A stretch of 55,105 nucleotides of DNA from an uncultured virus (IMG/VR IMGVR_UViG_3300047383_000862) (taxonomy: Duplodnaviria; Heunggongvirae; Uroviricota; Caudoviricetes), in the IMG/VR virus record IMGVR_UViG_3300047383_000862. One strand, 5' to 3'. The translations under genes were made by a program, and so were the position numbers. The notes beneath the pieces are model-generated. The model was not told where the DNA came from and ran no database searches. It saw only the letters and a list, made by a program, of their open reading frames with translations. Below, piece by piece: positions 46,913 to 55,105 of the stretch (position 1 is the stretch's first letter; each line of letters starts with the position of its first letter).

Positions 46913-49362
46913 TATTGGCAGCTTTCACAAGCTTCACCATTTTTCATTGCTTCGATACTGCAAGCTGATGGCTCTTTTGATTCTTCTGTTGATTTTTCGA
47001 CTTTACTTGCAGCCCTATTCCTTAGATAATATGTTGTTTTGAGTCCAGCTTCCCAGGACGCCATATATATATCATTCAGATATTTAAGAGATGTAGTTTT
47101 GTTGTATAAATTAAAGCTGACCGCTTGATCTATCCATTTTTGACGGACAGAGTTACATTCGATTAGTTTAATCATATCTCTATCAAACGCAGTTTTGTAT
47201 TTAGTCTTTAAATCTTCAGGGATTGATCCGTTTAGTAAAGAAAGATCACCATCTACATTTTTAACTAGAGCTGATATTTCTGGAGACCAGAGATCTCGAT
47301 CTTTCATGTCTTTAACGAAATGAGGGTTGGTGATGTAAAAGTTGCCACTTTTATTTTCATAAACAAAAAGTACAGAAAAATTAGGCTCAATGCTTTGTTC
47401 AATTCCATTAATATAACCAATTGTTGCTGTCGGAGCTATAGCCATAACATTTGAATTCCTCATTCCAAATTCAGAGATATGCTTTCTGACTTTTTCCCAA
47501 TCCTTAATTGTTTCAGAGCTTTTTTTCTGGCTCTTTCTGTATTCCATTAAATTATTAAAAGAATCGATTGGTAGGATGTTCTGGCTCCATAGGGAGCCTT
47601 CATAGGTTTTGTAACAACCTTTTTCTTTTGCTAATTTTGAACTAGCATAAATGGCATGGCAGGAGTAGAACTCGAATAATTTATCGTTGAATTTAATAGC
47701 TTCATCGCTATCAATTTGGATATTCAGTGCATGAAGTATATCATGTAGTCCCATCATACCTAATCCAATTGGCCGATGTCTGAGGTTGGAATTTTCCGCC
47801 TCTTTAGTTGGATAAAAATTTATATCAATTACATTATCTAAAATTCTGATTGCGGTATGAATGGTTGATTTAAGTTTATTGTAGTCAATTGCATAACTAG
47901 AAGCACCGTGGGTTGTTTTTTCGATTAAGTGATTAGTTAAATTAACTGAACCTAAATTACAAACTGCGGTTTCGCCAACTTCAGTTTTTTCTCCACTTTT
48001 GTATTTAGAAGATTTAGTGTGCAGGGTAATTTCAGTGCATAAATTAGAGCTCCTGACTGTTCCTTCATGTTGGTTTGTATATCGAATATTGCATGGATCT
48101 TTAAATGTATTCCATGGGTGAGAGGTTTCGAACAAAACTTTAAGCATCTTTTTCCATAATTCTTTTGCAGGAATAACTCTGTAGTTTTTAATTAAACCTT
48201 CGTCAGCTTGCTTACATAGTTTATTATAGCGATCATCGAAGTCTTGACCGAAGCAATCATGTAAGGTTTTACCGTCTTTACCAACTGTATCTCTAGGGTC
48301 AAAGAAATACCAAGCGCCTTCATTTTGAACTCTACGCATAAATTCATCTGGAACCCAAGATGCTGTATTCATGTCATGACAACGCAACCTATCATCTCCA
48401 GTGTTTCTTCTTAAGTTTAAGAAATCTTCAAAGTCTAAGTGCCAAGGTTCTAGATAAGCGCATCCTGCACCTGGTCTCTTGCCGCCTTGATTGACAGCAA
48501 CTAAAAGATCGTTATATATTTTAAGCCAAGGTACAAGCCCGCTAGAGATACCATTAGTTCCCTGAATATGAGAGCCTGTAGAGCGAAAAGGGGTAACATC
48601 AAGGCCAAGGCCACCAGCGTATTTTGACTTGCGAGCTTCTTGCCAAGCACCGTCAAAGATACCGTCAATACTGTCATCAAAAGTGTTAAGGTAGCAAGAG
48701 CTGAGTTGGGAATGAGTTGTGCCACTGTTAAATAAAGTTGGGGTTGAGGGGGTATACAGCATACTGCTGATTAAATTATAAAACTCGATAGCTTTTTCGT
48801 TTTTGTCTTGTTCGTTAACAGCTAATCCCATTGCTACTCTCATCCAGAAACTTTGAGGGGCTTCCATTATTTTTTTATCTTCCCTTATAAAATATCTGTC
48901 AGCTAGTATTTGGATACCTAAATATTTAAAGTTCTTGTCTCGACGTATTTTAATAGCTTCTGATAGTTTAATTAAGTCGAAGTCTAATAATCTTTCGTCT
49001 AACCTATTTAGTTTAACTAATTTTTTAATATTTTGTATAAAGTTTTTTCTGTATTGAAGTTTGAAAGTATCTGAATCTACACCCTCTTTAAAGACTTCTT
49101 TATATACAGTATTTAATAATAGTTGGGCTGCCGCGAATGAATAATTAGGTTCTTTTTCAATTTTTTCTCTAGCTGAGAGAATTAATGCTGTATCTATCTC
49201 CTTTGTTGTTATTTTATCATAAAGCTGTAATTGTGCATCCAGTATGATTTCGCTAGGAGATACATCTGAGATATCTTTACACGCTCTCTCTGCGCTTACG
49301 TTGATTTTTTCTACTTCAAAATTTTCAAGTCTGCCGTTTCTTTTCTTAACCTTTATTTCCAT
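46912..49362 (-). CDS. nrdA: Ribonucleotide reductase class I alpha subunit with ATP cone
   Basis: VKKRNG ATP cone; TPTLFN; LSSC; NQGGKRPG; SNLCTE; VCNL; APTAT; TTYY; C-terminal CESC. Preceded by both TTGACT-17-TAGAAT (49415-49443) and GTGTAA (49373-49378). Confidence 0.96.
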   Translation of the reverse strand: MEIKVKKRNGRLENFEVEKINVSAERACKDISDVSPSEIILDAQLQLYDKITTKEIDTALILSAREKIEKEPNYSFAAAQLLLNTVYKEVFKEGVDSDTFKLQYRKNFIQNIKKLVKLNRLDERLLDFDLIKLSEAIKIRRDKNFKYLGIQILADRYFIREDKKIMEAPQSFWMRVAMGLAVNEQDKNEKAIEFYNLISSMLYTPSTPTLFNSGTTHSQLSSCYLNTFDDSIDGIFDGAWQEARKSKYAGGLGLDVTPFRSTGSHIQGTNGISSGLVPWLKIYNDLLVAVNQGGKRPGAGCAYLEPWHLDFEDFLNLRRNTGDDRLRCHDMNTASWVPDEFMRRVQNEGAWYFFDPRDTVGKDGKTLHDCFGQDFDDRYNKLCKQADEGLIKNYRVIPAKELWKKMLKVLFETSHPWNTFKDPCNIRYTNQHEGTVRSSNLCTEITLHTKSSKYKSGEKTEVGETAVCNLGSVNLTNHLIEKTTHGASSYAIDYNKLKSTIHTAIRILDNVIDINFYPTKEAENSNLRHRPIGLGMMGLHDILHALNIQIDSDEAIKFNDKLFEFYSCHAIYASSKLAKEKGCYKTYEGSLWSQNILPIDSFNNLMEYRKSQKKSSETIKDWEKVRKHISEFGMRNSNVMAIAPTATIGYINGIEQSIEPNFSVLFVYENKSGNFYITNPHFVKDMKDRDLWSPEISALVKNVDGDLSLLNGSIPEDLKTKYKTAFDRDMIKLIECNSVRQKWIDQAVSFNLYNKTTSLKYLNDIYMASWEAGLKTTYYLRNRAASKVEKSTEESKEPSACSIEAMKNGEACESCQ

Positions 49363-49462
49363 GAATATTATTTTACACGATTGTTTTGTATTTTTCTTTT
49401 CAAATTAAAAATAAATTCTAGCAGGTAATGTTACTAAAGTCAATAAGTAAATAAGTAAGTTG

Positions 49463-50362
49463 TTAACATTTTTCTATATCCATCTGTAGGTCAGGGAAGA
49501 AATCCTCATACTCTTTACTAATGAATAGGGAGGCAAGGTGTGAGTTGCGATTGTAGACTTTTGTGTTTATGTTGCTTTTTGCGAAATCTAATTCATTAAA
49601 TTTTTTAAATTTTTTATTACTGCACATAATGAAGCAATATCTGTTTCCAGGAAAATAAGGTATGTTCGAGCAAAAGGGAAGTGTGTATGCTATTTTTTGA
49701 GATAGAAACGTTTCCTTGACATAAAGAGAGTGGATGTGTGTGGAGAAGTCATGGTTGAATGTAAGAATTCCGCCTTCATTTAATAAATCAATCGCCAAAT
49801 TAATATTGTCTAAATCTCTTAGGTTCGCTTCTTTTGACTGCGGGCAGGAAGGTTGGGTGATTGTAGTTTCGTTTTTGTGTTTAAAGTTAAAATCTGTTGA
49901 ATCTATGAAAATTAGATCATATTTTTTATCGTGATTTTTTACCCAAGAACACCCATTATCATGAATTATATTAACTCTTGGATCTAATAATCCAAAAGAT
50001 ATTCCAGGGAAATATTTTTTAGATAAATTTACCACATCTTTTGAGATATCAATAATTGTAATTTCTTCTACAGATGGGTATTTTACTAGCTCTGTCGCAA
50101 TACCTCCGTCTCCCCCTCCTAATATTAGAATAGATTTGAAGTTATCTATGTACTTGCACGGAGTGTGAGTAATTACTTCATGATAACTTTCGTGATGCGA
50201 TTCCAAGAACTGTATGTCATCTTCTATAACCATGCATAATCCGTTATCTTTTATTTTGATAATTTCAATTTTGGGCGGGCCATCTATAGTTTCGAGAGTT
50301 TTTAAGGTCTGAAAGGAAATATCGATAGCATGATTTAATGAAGAGAGTCTTCGGTGTTTCAT
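49463..50362 (-). CDS. speE: Spermidine synthase / aminopropyltransferase
   Basis: IQ...E..YHE...H, LILGGGDGG...E, DPRV, YDLIFIDSTD, L.EGG. Confidence 0.85.
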   Translation of the reverse strand: MKHRRLSSLNHAIDISFQTLKTLETIDGPPKIEIIKIKDNGLCMVIEDDIQFLESHHESYHEVITHTPCKYIDNFKSILILGGGDGGIATELVKYPSVEEITIIDISKDVVNLSKKYFPGISFGLLDPRVNIIHDNGCSWVKNHDKKYDLIFIDSTDFNFKHKNETTITQPSCPQSKEANLRDLDNINLAIDLLNEGGILTFNHDFSTHIHSLYVKETFLSQKIAYTLPFCSNIPYFPGNRYCFIMCSNKKFKKFNELDFAKSNINTKVYNRNSHLASLFISKEYEDFFPDLQMDIEKC

Positions 50363-50518
50363 AAATATATTGTTTAATTCATAATTATTTTTTCAAATTT
50401 ATTTTTTTTTCTTGATTTTTAATTATGACTATATATAATCTTTACCGTAGTATATAATATAAATAATATATTGTATTGCATAACTTCGAATAACCAATAT
50501 ATATATAATTATTTAGTA

Positions 50519-50547
50519 TTGACTTGGAGTTAATTTTCGTATATGAT
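50519..50547 (+). promoter_or_regulatory. Sigma70-type promoter
   Basis: TTGACT-17-TATGAT, 6 nt before ATG 50554. Confidence 0.75.
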
Positions 50548-50553
50548 TTAATC

Positions 50554-50871
50554 ATGACATTTAGAAATTCAGAAAAAGAAAAACGTAAAAAATTATATTT
50601 AGTAAGTTCGGCAAACTGGGAGTCTGTAGTTAAGTCAGGAAGTGAAGTGGAGGCTGCAACTAAAGCTGTAACTGAAATGTACAATAAAGATTTGGACATG
50701 AAAATATCTCCGACAATTATGGTCACAAATTTATCAGAATTTTCAAAAAGTGATCAAAATATGGATATATGTTCATTTTGTTATTCTCCTAAAATTTTAT
50801 CAAACGCAGGTCTTCATGATCTATCTAAGGATCTTGACCAAATCATAAATCAAATTCAAAATGAATCTTAA
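50554..50871 (+). CDS. Hypothetical protein
   Basis: Start reassigned to ATG 50554, downstream of the promoter; overlaps the dut start. Confidence 0.7.
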   Translation: MTFRNSEKEKRKKLYLVSSANWESVVKSGSEVEAATKAVTEMYNKDLDMKISPTIMVTNLSEFSKSDQNMDICSFCYSPKILSNAGLHDLSKDLDQIINQIQNES

Positions 50872-51388
50872 AATCAAAAATTCTCACAATATTTTAGCTC
50901 CTCAAAATCATGGAGATGCTGGATATGATATAATCGCAGCGAGCCAACCTAAAATAACAGGAGATCTATGGATGGCAAATCTGTATAAAAGCATATCTTA
51001 TATAGAATATGATACTGCAGTAGAATTTGACTTTCGAGATGTATGGGGAGAGTATGAGTTCTACGCCAATGTATTCCCTAGGTCTAGCGTCAGTAAATAT
51101 AATCTATTGCTATGTAATAGTGTTGGAGTTATAGACTCTGGTTATAAAAACTCAATTAAATTAAGATTTAAATATATATATCAACCAGAAGACATTCGTA
51201 CGATAAAAAACGACGATGGTAATTCAGTAAGTTTAACAAGCATAAATAAAGAAAAAATATATCAGAAGGGCGACAAAATAGGACAGATTATATTCTCAAA
51301 ACATAATTCAGTAAAAATTGAGGGCATGAATGATAACAAGAAAAGAGCAAGAAGAAACATGGGAGGCTTTGGTAGCACAGGATTATGA
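50861..51388 (+). CDS. dut: Trimeric dUTPase
   Basis: DAGYD, PRSS, GVIDSGY, IGQ, R..GGFGSTG. Confidence 0.93.
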   Translation: MNLKIKNSHNILAPQNHGDAGYDIIAASQPKITGDLWMANLYKSISYIEYDTAVEFDFRDVWGEYEFYANVFPRSSVSKYNLLLCNSVGVIDSGYKNSIKLRFKYIYQPEDIRTIKNDDGNSVSLTSINKEKIYQKGDKIGQIIFSKHNSVKIEGMNDNKKRARRNMGGFGSTGL

Positions 51389-51981
51389 TTGATGATAATA
51401 TAGTAATAAAAGAAATCCAAGAAGAAAAAAATGTGGAGTCCAATCTACTAAAACTAATCGATAGGCATTCAGGAATTTTCATAGAAATGGTCAAGCACTA
51501 TGTGCCTCAGAACAGTGAATATTCAAACCGAGATGATTTACTATCAGAAAAAAACTACCACATCTATAAGGCTGTTAAAAGTTTTGATTTTACAAAGAAC
51601 GTAAAGTTTGTAACTCATCTAGGTAATCAGGCTAAATACCTATGTTTAAATACTTATAATAAAAATAAGAAAAAGCTCGAAATAAATTGCGAAGAAATAA
51701 AACTAGACTGGATTTCTTTTTTAAGCGAAGAAGAACACGTGTCCAATATAATTAAATCAGATAGCAAAGAATTATTAAAAAAAATAAATTATTATCTTGA
51801 AAAACATAAAGATGAAAGAGTTAAAAAGATTTTTGAATTAAGATATTTTTCCTATAAAGATAATAAAATAAAGCCATGGCGCTTAATTTATAGAGAAATA
51901 GGAATGTCAATACAAGGTTGCATCAACCTTCATAAAAAAACGATTAAAGAATTAAGGAGAATAGTAAAAGTAAATGAATAG
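51385..51981 (+). CDS. Sigma70-family sigma factor-like protein
   Basis: Region 2: DDLLSE....IYKAVKSFD.TK.VKF.T; region 4-like HTH: IFELRY......W..I.REIGMS.Q....L....IK.LR. Confidence 0.8.
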   Translation: MIDDNIVIKEIQEEKNVESNLLKLIDRHSGIFIEMVKHYVPQNSEYSNRDDLLSEKNYHIYKAVKSFDFTKNVKFVTHLGNQAKYLCLNTYNKNKKKLEINCEEIKLDWISFLSEEEHVSNIIKSDSKELLKKINYYLEKHKDERVKKIFELRYFSYKDNKIKPWRLIYREIGMSIQGCINLHKKTIKELRRIVKVNE

Positions 51982-52387
51982 ATATTCAGGAATGGGCAAT
52001 CTAACAAAAGATGCCGTGGGTAAAAGAGTTAAAGGGGACATGTTGGTTGTCAACTTTACAATTGCAATTAATGACATGGATACAGTAACCTACATAGATG
52101 CTGAAGTCTGGGGCAAAAAAGCTGAATACTGCCTGCCTCAACTCAAGAAAGGTAAACCCGTATTAATTGATGGTAAAATGAGATATAACTCTTGGAAGGC
52201 TAAAGATAATCAAGCGCGATCAAGATTATATTGCTTAGTAGACTATATAAAATTACTTAAGTATGATTTAAAGGATAATACAGAAACTAAACCTAATAAA
52301 GTAGAAGCTGAAAAACCTAAAGATGATTCAGTATTTATTGAAGATGATGCGGAAGATTATGCTCAAATGGAAGACATACCTTTTTAA
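51974..52387 (+). CDS. ssb: Single-stranded DNA-binding protein
   Basis: GNLTKD, F.IA.N, VWGK.AE, L.KG..V.I.G, acidic tail EDIPF. Confidence 0.92.
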   Translation: MNRYSGMGNLTKDAVGKRVKGDMLVVNFTIAINDMDTVTYIDAEVWGKKAEYCLPQLKKGKPVLIDGKMRYNSWKAKDNQARSRLYCLVDYIKLLKYDLKDNTETKPNKVEAEKPKDDSVFIEDDAEDYAQMEDIPF

Positions 52388-52731
52388 TGTATTACTATAA
52401 AATAAAATCAATAATCAAAGTCCTCGATGGAGATACTGTAGATGCCGTAATAGATCTAGGGTTTAATACTTCTGTAGAAAAGAGAATACGCTTCTTTGGG
52501 GTTAATGCTCCAGAGACAAGAACTAGAGATAAAAAAGAAAAAGAGTTAGGGTTGAAATCTAAAGATTTTTTAAAAAATATTATTTCATCAAATAAAGAAA
52601 TATACCTTGATTCTTTTGGCTGTGGTAAGTTTGGTAGAGTTCTTGGCATTCTTTACACAGACGAAAACAAAAATAATAGCATAAATGAAATGATGCTTGC
52701 TAGAGGTCATTTGCATAAAAAAAGCTATTGA
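52387..52731 (+). CDS. Thermonuclease (SNase-like)
   Basis: KVLDGDT..A.IDLGF, RIRF.GVNAPE, GKFGRVLG, SINE.ML..G. Confidence 0.88.
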   Translation: MYYYKIKSIIKVLDGDTVDAVIDLGFNTSVEKRIRFFGVNAPETRTRDKKEKELGLKSKDFLKNIISSNKEIYLDSFGCGKFGRVLGILYTDENKNNSINEMMLARGHLHKKSY

Positions 52732-52759
52732 ATAATATAATAGATAGCTTATAATAAAT

Positions 52760-53836
52760 ATGAGTTTAATTTTTAAAACCCCAATCAATTCACTTTCATT
52801 TGGAAATGTAGCTTATAATATAATAAGGCAATTGCATAAAAAAAATATTGATACTAAAATATTTCCGCATGGAAATGTAGATATATCTGCTTTTAATAAA
52901 ATGGAGGAAGAGCTTAAAAACTGGGTACAGGAATCTATAAACAATAGATACTCAAACCTAGATAAAGATTTGCCTACGCTATCACTTTGGCATATCAACG
53001 GCTCCGAAAATAGAATCTCCAAAAATCAAAATTTATTAACTTTTTACGAAACTGACGAGCCTACAGAGCAAGAAAAAGCCTTAGTGAATTTTCAAGACCA
53101 TGTATTCTTTAGCTCTTCCCATGCTGTTGACTGCTTTAAAGATTCATGCGAAAACATATCTTTTTGCCCAATAGGTTTTGATGAAGACTTTCATGTAACA
53201 GATAAACAGTATTTATCTAATGACATAATTCACTTTGGCTTAATGGGTAAATATGAAAAAAGAAAAAATCATGATTTAATATTAAAAGCCTGGGCAGACA
53301 GATACGGTAATAATAATAAATTTAGATTAACTTGCGTAATCGAAAATCCATTCTTCAAAAAAGGCGAACTTAATCAAAGATTAAACATTCTTTTCGGCGG
53401 AAAAACTTTTTCAAACATTTCTTTTTTACCTAGATTAAAAACCAATTCAGAAGTTAATGATTTTCTCAATGCAATTGATGTAGATTTGTCAGGGATGAGT
53501 GGAGCAGAAGGATGGAATCTTCCTGCGTTTAATTCTACATGCCTAGGAAAGTGGAGTTTAGTTTTAAATCACACCAGTCACAAGGATTGGGCTAATTCAG
53601 AAAACGCAATTATTGTCGAGCCGTCCAATAAAGCTCTCGCTCATGACGGACAATTCTTCAACAAAGGAGCCCCATATAATCAAGGCTCAATAAATCTTTT
53701 TGAACAGGATGCTATAAATGAAGCTTTCGAGAAGGTTGAGTCGCTTGCTAAACAAAAAAATGAAAAGGGTTTAGATACAGCGAAAAAATTTACATACTCA
53801 AATACAGTTGACATTTTACTTAATTCTATAATGTAA
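52760..53836 (+). CDS. GT4-like glycosyltransferase
   Basis: FYET, GK.EKRKN, SGAEGWNLP; promoter TTGAAT-16-TATAAT (52728-52755). Confidence 0.8.
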   Translation: MSLIFKTPINSLSFGNVAYNIIRQLHKKNIDTKIFPHGNVDISAFNKMEEELKNWVQESINNRYSNLDKDLPTLSLWHINGSENRISKNQNLLTFYETDEPTEQEKALVNFQDHVFFSSSHAVDCFKDSCENISFCPIGFDEDFHVTDKQYLSNDIIHFGLMGKYEKRKNHDLILKAWADRYGNNNKFRLTCVIENPFFKKGELNQRLNILFGGKTFSNISFLPRLKTNSEVNDFLNAIDVDLSGMSGAEGWNLPAFNSTCLGKWSLVLNHTSHKDWANSENAIIVEPSNKALAHDGQFFNKGAPYNQGSINLFEQDAINEAFEKVESLAKQKNEKGLDTAKKFTYSNTVDILLNSIM

Positions 53837-54213
53837 TGCCCATTTACTTATTCAAGCACCCTAAGAAAGAAAAGTACAAAGAAGCCTTTTTCCATATGGA
53901 CGAAGAAAAAATATTAGAAATTGACGGCGTTAAATGGCAGCGAGTATACCACTCTCCGAACTTAAATACTGAGGCGCCCATAAACCCTTGGGATAATAAT
54001 GATTTTGTAAATAAAACAAAAAACAAAAAAGGCACTATTGGAGATATGATGGATGCTAGTGCAGAACTTTCAGCAAAAAGAGCAGATCAAAACGGAGGAG
54101 TTGATCCAGTTAAGCAGAAATACTTCAAGGATTATGCGAAAAAACGAAACGGCACAAAACATCACTTAGATAAAAAAACAATAGATACTAAAAACTTTAA
54201 AATTGATTTCTAA
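53836..54213 (+). CDS. FmdB-like phage protein lacking Zn ligands
   Basis: MPIY.F N-terminus, W.RVY..P. Confidence 0.55.
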   Translation: MPIYLFKHPKKEKYKEAFFHMDEEKILEIDGVKWQRVYHSPNLNTEAPINPWDNNDFVNKTKNKKGTIGDMMDASAELSAKRADQNGGVDPVKQKYFKDYAKKRNGTKHHLDKKTIDTKNFKIDF

Positions 54214-55103
54214 ATAACTTTATATTTTATATCTACATAAACTTTATCAGATATTTCTAAAGCATCATCTAGATCCACTACTTTAACAGTTGTACCACTA
54301 TAAGATATCTCAAAATTATATCCTGGGCCATCAGGAGACTGAGAAGGATTAGCTACAGAGTAAACAGAATACGCTATACTATCTACATTTCTATATACGC
54401 TTGCATTCATTGATATAATATCACTAGCGTTTGGACCATTTACCAATAATTCGCTAAATGATTTATTGACAGTATCTGGCTGTATGATATCGTGCTCAAT
54501 AATCCAATCATTAATTCTTATACCTGTGCCGACTCCGTTTATTGCTGCTATAGCGAGCCCGCTTTGACTATTTTCCAGTAAGACATCATCTCCATATCTA
54601 CCAGCGCCACTGACATTTAAGTCTCCAGTTATATAGCCAGTTTGACCAACATGGAGATCGCTTTGTAAAAATGTTTCTCCAGTGACATCAAGAGTACCGC
54701 TGACATCAAGTTTATCCTCGATCCTAGTTGCTCCAGTGATCGTAGTTTGCCCTGAGATATCTACATTACCAGAAACGTCAAGATCTTTGAGTATATTAAG
54801 ATCGCCAAGTATATAACCTGTTTGATCTAATTGAGTATCACTACGTAAAAATGTTTTTCCAGTGACATCAAGAGTACCGCTGACATCAAGTTTATCCTCG
54901 ATCCTAGTTGCTCCAGTGATCGTAGTTTGCCCTGAGATATCTACATTACCAGAAACGTCAAGATCTTTGAGTATATTGAGATCGCCAAGTATATAACCTG
55001 TTTGATCTAATTGAGTATCACTACGTAAAAATGTTTTTCCAGTGACATCAAGAGTACCGCTGACATCAAGTTTATCCTCGATCCTAGTTGCTCCAGTGAT
55101 CGT
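54210..55103 (-). CDS. Fibre / beta-helix repeat protein, 5'-truncated by the window end
   Basis: Frame is open from 55103 to the stop at 54210 (the listed 78-aa ORF is only its C-terminus); hexapeptide periodicity LDVSGT/LDVTGK. Confidence 0.85.
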   Translation of the reverse strand, partial: TITGATRIEDKLDVSGTLDVTGKTFLRSDTQLDQTGYILGDLNILKDLDVSGNVDISGQTTITGATRIEDKLDVSGTLDVTGKTFLRSDTQLDQTGYILGDLNILKDLDVSGNVDISGQTTITGATRIEDKLDVSGTLDVTGETFLQSDLHVGQTGYITGDLNVSGAGRYGDDVLLENSQSGLAIAAINGVGTGIRINDWIIEHDIIQPDTVNKSFSELLVNGPNASDIISMNASVYRNVDSIAYSVYSVANPSQSPDGPGYNFEISYSGTTVKVVDLDDALEISDKVYVDIKYKVI

Positions 55104-55105
55104 AG
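54665..55105. repeat. 180-bp coding tandem repeat, at least 2.4 copies
   Basis: Lines 54721/54901 and 54841/55021 are identical; 54781/54961 differ at one base. Confidence 0.95.

Noticed and set aside
786..54035. Many short antisense or alternate-frame ORFs in the track (e.g. 786, 13374, 21676, 35463, 40071, 52395)
   Set aside because: Shadows of long, well-supported genes, with no recognisable motifs or promoters.
54665..55105. CRISPR array
   Set aside because: Contiguous in-frame coding repeats with no unique spacers.
1..55105. Stop-codon recoding
   Set aside because: Genes are full length under the standard code, and TAA, TAG and TGA all end genes.

Overview
AT-rich window from a large lytic tailed-phage (probably jumbo) genome using the standard genetic code. 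Several host-derived domains suggest a marine Verrucomicrobia/PVC host (inference). Contents: 5'-truncated tail-tip J-like gene; an intact tmRNA (7069-7432, G3.U70 pair, 20-codon tag ending ALAA); ClpC; three glycosyltransferase genes; a bacterial-type replication block (DnaE split into PHP and catalytic genes with a DnaQ-like exonuclease between them, primase, DnaB, RecA, PD-(D/E)XK nuclease); nrdA and nrdB 18.5 kb apart, with NrdB lacking the radical tyrosine (class Ic signature); a 4948-aa mosaic adhesin-like gene; a possible holin/u-spanin pair; speE, dUTPase, sigma-like factor, SSB, thermonuclease; and a truncated fibre gene with 180-bp tandem repeats. Most unusual signals: (i) an apparent GDPH autoproteolytic (VWD-like) domain split between two separate convergent genes; (ii) two promoter classes (sigma70-like and GTGTAA) placed to give leaderless mRNAs; (iii) class Ic RNR; (iv) a Whirly-like ssDNA-binding protein. 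All family calls are by-eye motif recognition; no searches were run.
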